Positions 30,488 to 32,000 of a stretch of 32,000 nucleotides of DNA are shown here, piece after piece; the stretch's first letter is position 1; each line of letters starts with the position of its first letter. Origin of the DNA: Longivirga aurantiaca (GTDB lineage: Bacteria; Actinomycetota; Actinomycetes; S36-B12; CAIYMF01); assembly GCF_042660085.1 (NCBI RefSeq), contig NZ_JBHSTI010000008.1, positions 1,989,876 to 2,021,875 on the forward strand, in the 5' to 3' direction. Both the position numbers and the translations under genes were made by a program. A model generated the notes under the pieces. That model saw nothing but the letters and a program-made list of their open reading frames with translations. It searched no databases and was not told where the DNA came from.

Positions 30488-31225
30488 TTGCACGACGACG
30501 GCGCGCACGTGCGGCACGATGCACCTGTGGACGTCTCGAGGGTGAACCTGCTGCGCGACGTGCTATCGAGCACCGGCTGGGTCGACCGCACGCGCGGGTT
30601 CGCGCGCAGCCTGCGCCGGTCCACCGATCACGGCGACGGCCTGCTGCTCGTCGGCACGCCCACGCACGAGCCGTGGCACCTGGCCGCGCACCTCGACGAC
30701 GAGTCGCGGTACGCCGGGATCCCCACCCTGTCCCCGACGCTGGTCCGCTGGTCACCGCCCCCAGGCGCGCCGCAGCACCTCAGCGTCGGGCTCGACCGCA
30801 TCGTGGCCGCCCGCCGCGGCGAGACGCTCTTCGTCGTCGCACCCGACGACCCCACCGAGCAGCTGCTCGAACGGCTCGCCGACGCCCGCCGCACCGGCGC
30901 CACCCTGCTCACCATCGACGGTGGTGACGGCGACCTCGCGGGCCTCGCCCACGACCAGCTCATCGTGCCGTCGCGTGGCCTCACCGCGGCCGGCGAGCCG
31001 TCCGGTCTCGCCGTCGCGCTCGAGGGCTTCGGCCTCGGCGACGTCGACCTGTCCCTGCCCGAGGTCTCGTTCGACACCGTGCAGCACCTCGTCTCGGCCG
31101 CCGTGGGCGAGGACGAGATCCTCCGGACCGCGCCCAGCGGAGGGTCGGGACGCCGGGGCCTGCGCGACCGGCTCGCCGGCGCGCTCGACGCGATCCAGGG
31201 ATCGCCCGCGACCCGCGACTGGTGA
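30488..31225 (+). CDS. Conserved-looking hypothetical protein
   Basis: Good GC3 bias across 245 codons. No family recognised with confidence. Start uncertain (TTG 30488 or GTG 30527). Confidence 0.5.
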   Translation: MHDDGAHVRHDAPVDVSRVNLLRDVLSSTGWVDRTRGFARSLRRSTDHGDGLLLVGTPTHEPWHLAAHLDDESRYAGIPTLSPTLVRWSPPPGAPQHLSVGLDRIVAARRGETLFVVAPDDPTEQLLERLADARRTGATLLTIDGGDGDLAGLAHDQLIVPSRGLTAAGEPSGLAVALEGFGLGDVDLSLPEVSFDTVQHLVSAAVGEDEILRTAPSGGSGRRGLRDRLAGALDAIQGSPATRDW

Positions 31226-31278
31226 GCGCGCGAAACACCCGCGCGCTCGACGTCGACCGTGCTCCAGACTGACCGCCC

Positions 31279-32000
31279 GTGAGCTCCGAGGACGCTGCCG
31301 CCGAGCCTGCCCCGCGGCGATGGCGCATCGACGTCTCGCCCCTGCGCACGTCGAGCGACTTCCGCGCGCTGTTCACCGCAGGGGTCGTGTCGTACCTCGG
31401 CTCGATGTTCACGTTCGTCGCGATCCCGCTGCAGGCGCAGCAGCTCACCGGCTCGTTCGTGGTCGTCGGTCTGCTCGGCCTGGCCGAGGTGATCCCGATC
31501 CTCGTGTTCGGGCTGTGGGGCGGTGCGCTCGCCGACCACGTCGACCGCCGCCGCATGATCCTCGTGACCGAGGTGTGCCTCGGCATCGGATCGCTCATCC
31601 TGCTGGCCAACGCGCTGCTGCCCGACCCGCACGTGTGGGTCCTGTTCGTCGTCGGCGCACTGTTCGCCGCGTGCGACTCGCTGCAACGGCCGTCGGTGGA
31701 CGCGCTCGTCCCGCAGTCGGTCCCGCACCACCAGCTCGGCGGCGCAGCCGCGCTCATGTCGCTGCGGTGGAGCGTCGGCTTCATCCTCGGCACGTCGCTC
31801 GGCGGTCTCGTCGCGTCGTACCTCGGCGTCGCGGTCGCCTACGGCATCGACGCCGTCTCGTACGTGCTGTCGTTCCTCATCTTCCTGTCGCTGAAGAGCC
31901 GCGGCCGGATGAAGGACGAGGGCACGCCCGGCATCGGTGCCATCGCCGAAGGCGTTCGTTACGCGTGGGGGCGCAAGGACCTGCTGGGCACCTACGCCGT
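31279..32000 (+). CDS. MFS transporter (EntS/MFS_3-like), 3' end beyond the window; not in the ORF track
   Basis: GTG 31279, open to the window end. SDFRALFTAGVVSYLGSMFTFVAIPLQAQQLTGS..., GGALADHVDRRRMIL. Paralogous in look to the 18186-19463 transporter. Confidence 0.8.
   Translation, partial: MSSEDAAAEPAPRRWRIDVSPLRTSSDFRALFTAGVVSYLGSMFTFVAIPLQAQQLTGSFVVVGLLGLAEVIPILVFGLWGGALADHVDRRRMILVTEVCLGIGSLILLANALLPDPHVWVLFVVGALFAACDSLQRPSVDALVPQSVPHHQLGGAAALMSLRWSVGFILGTSLGGLVASYLGVAVAYGIDAVSYVLSFLIFLSLKSRGRMKDEGTPGIGAIAEGVRYAWGRKDLLGTYA

Noticed and set aside
30488-31225. Possible SIS-domain-like segment (GETLFVVAPDDPTEQLLERLADARRTGATLLTI) in the hypothetical protein
   Set aside because: The resemblance is a single short stretch judged by eye. 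It is not enough for a family assignment without a profile search.
1-32000. Search for CRISPR arrays, tRNA/rRNA genes, IS elements, integrases, toxin-antitoxin pairs or known defence-system gene sets
   Set aside because: There are no regularly spaced direct repeats, no tRNA-like T-arm/acceptor patterns, and no transposase, integrase or recombinase motifs. The only mobile-element-like gene is the DUF222/HNH ORF.

Overview
High-GC (roughly 70%+, judged by eye) actinobacterial chromosomal segment. It is densely coded, with many 4-nt start/stop overlaps (ATGA/GTGA). I found no rRNA, tRNA, CRISPR array, transposase or integrase. Left 12 kb: a stress-response neighbourhood around a SigF/SigB-family sigma factor and its UsfX/RsbW-like anti-sigma. 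It also holds a separate HATPase kinase plus STAS antagonist pair, a GAF-GAF-PP2C phosphatase, small general-stress proteins (GlsB/YeaQ/YmgE-like, ferritin-like, 51-aa membrane peptide, hemerythrin), Ku plus a stand-alone LigD polymerase domain, and a formylglutamate-amidohydrolase-family gene coupled to an RqlH-like RecQ helicase. Middle: a DUF222/HNH gene, an alpha/beta hydrolase, a TupA-like ATP-grasp, a GNAT, and an AlkZ/YcaQ-like winged-helix glycosylase. Right: a four-gene glnA2-GATase1-glnE-MFS operon, nadE, an MFS(DHA2)-TetR pair, panB, DUF805, a hypothetical protein and a truncated MFS. Main hunt result: eight intergenic copies of GTTT-N15/16-GGGnA (the SigF/SigB-type promoter pattern), all within 609-11886. 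Seven sit correctly upstream of genes, including ku and the sigma operon itself. One is an orphan that fires into a hairpin antisense to ku, suggesting an sRNA or asRNA. All product calls come from motif and family recognition by eye; no searches were run, and start codons are best guesses.
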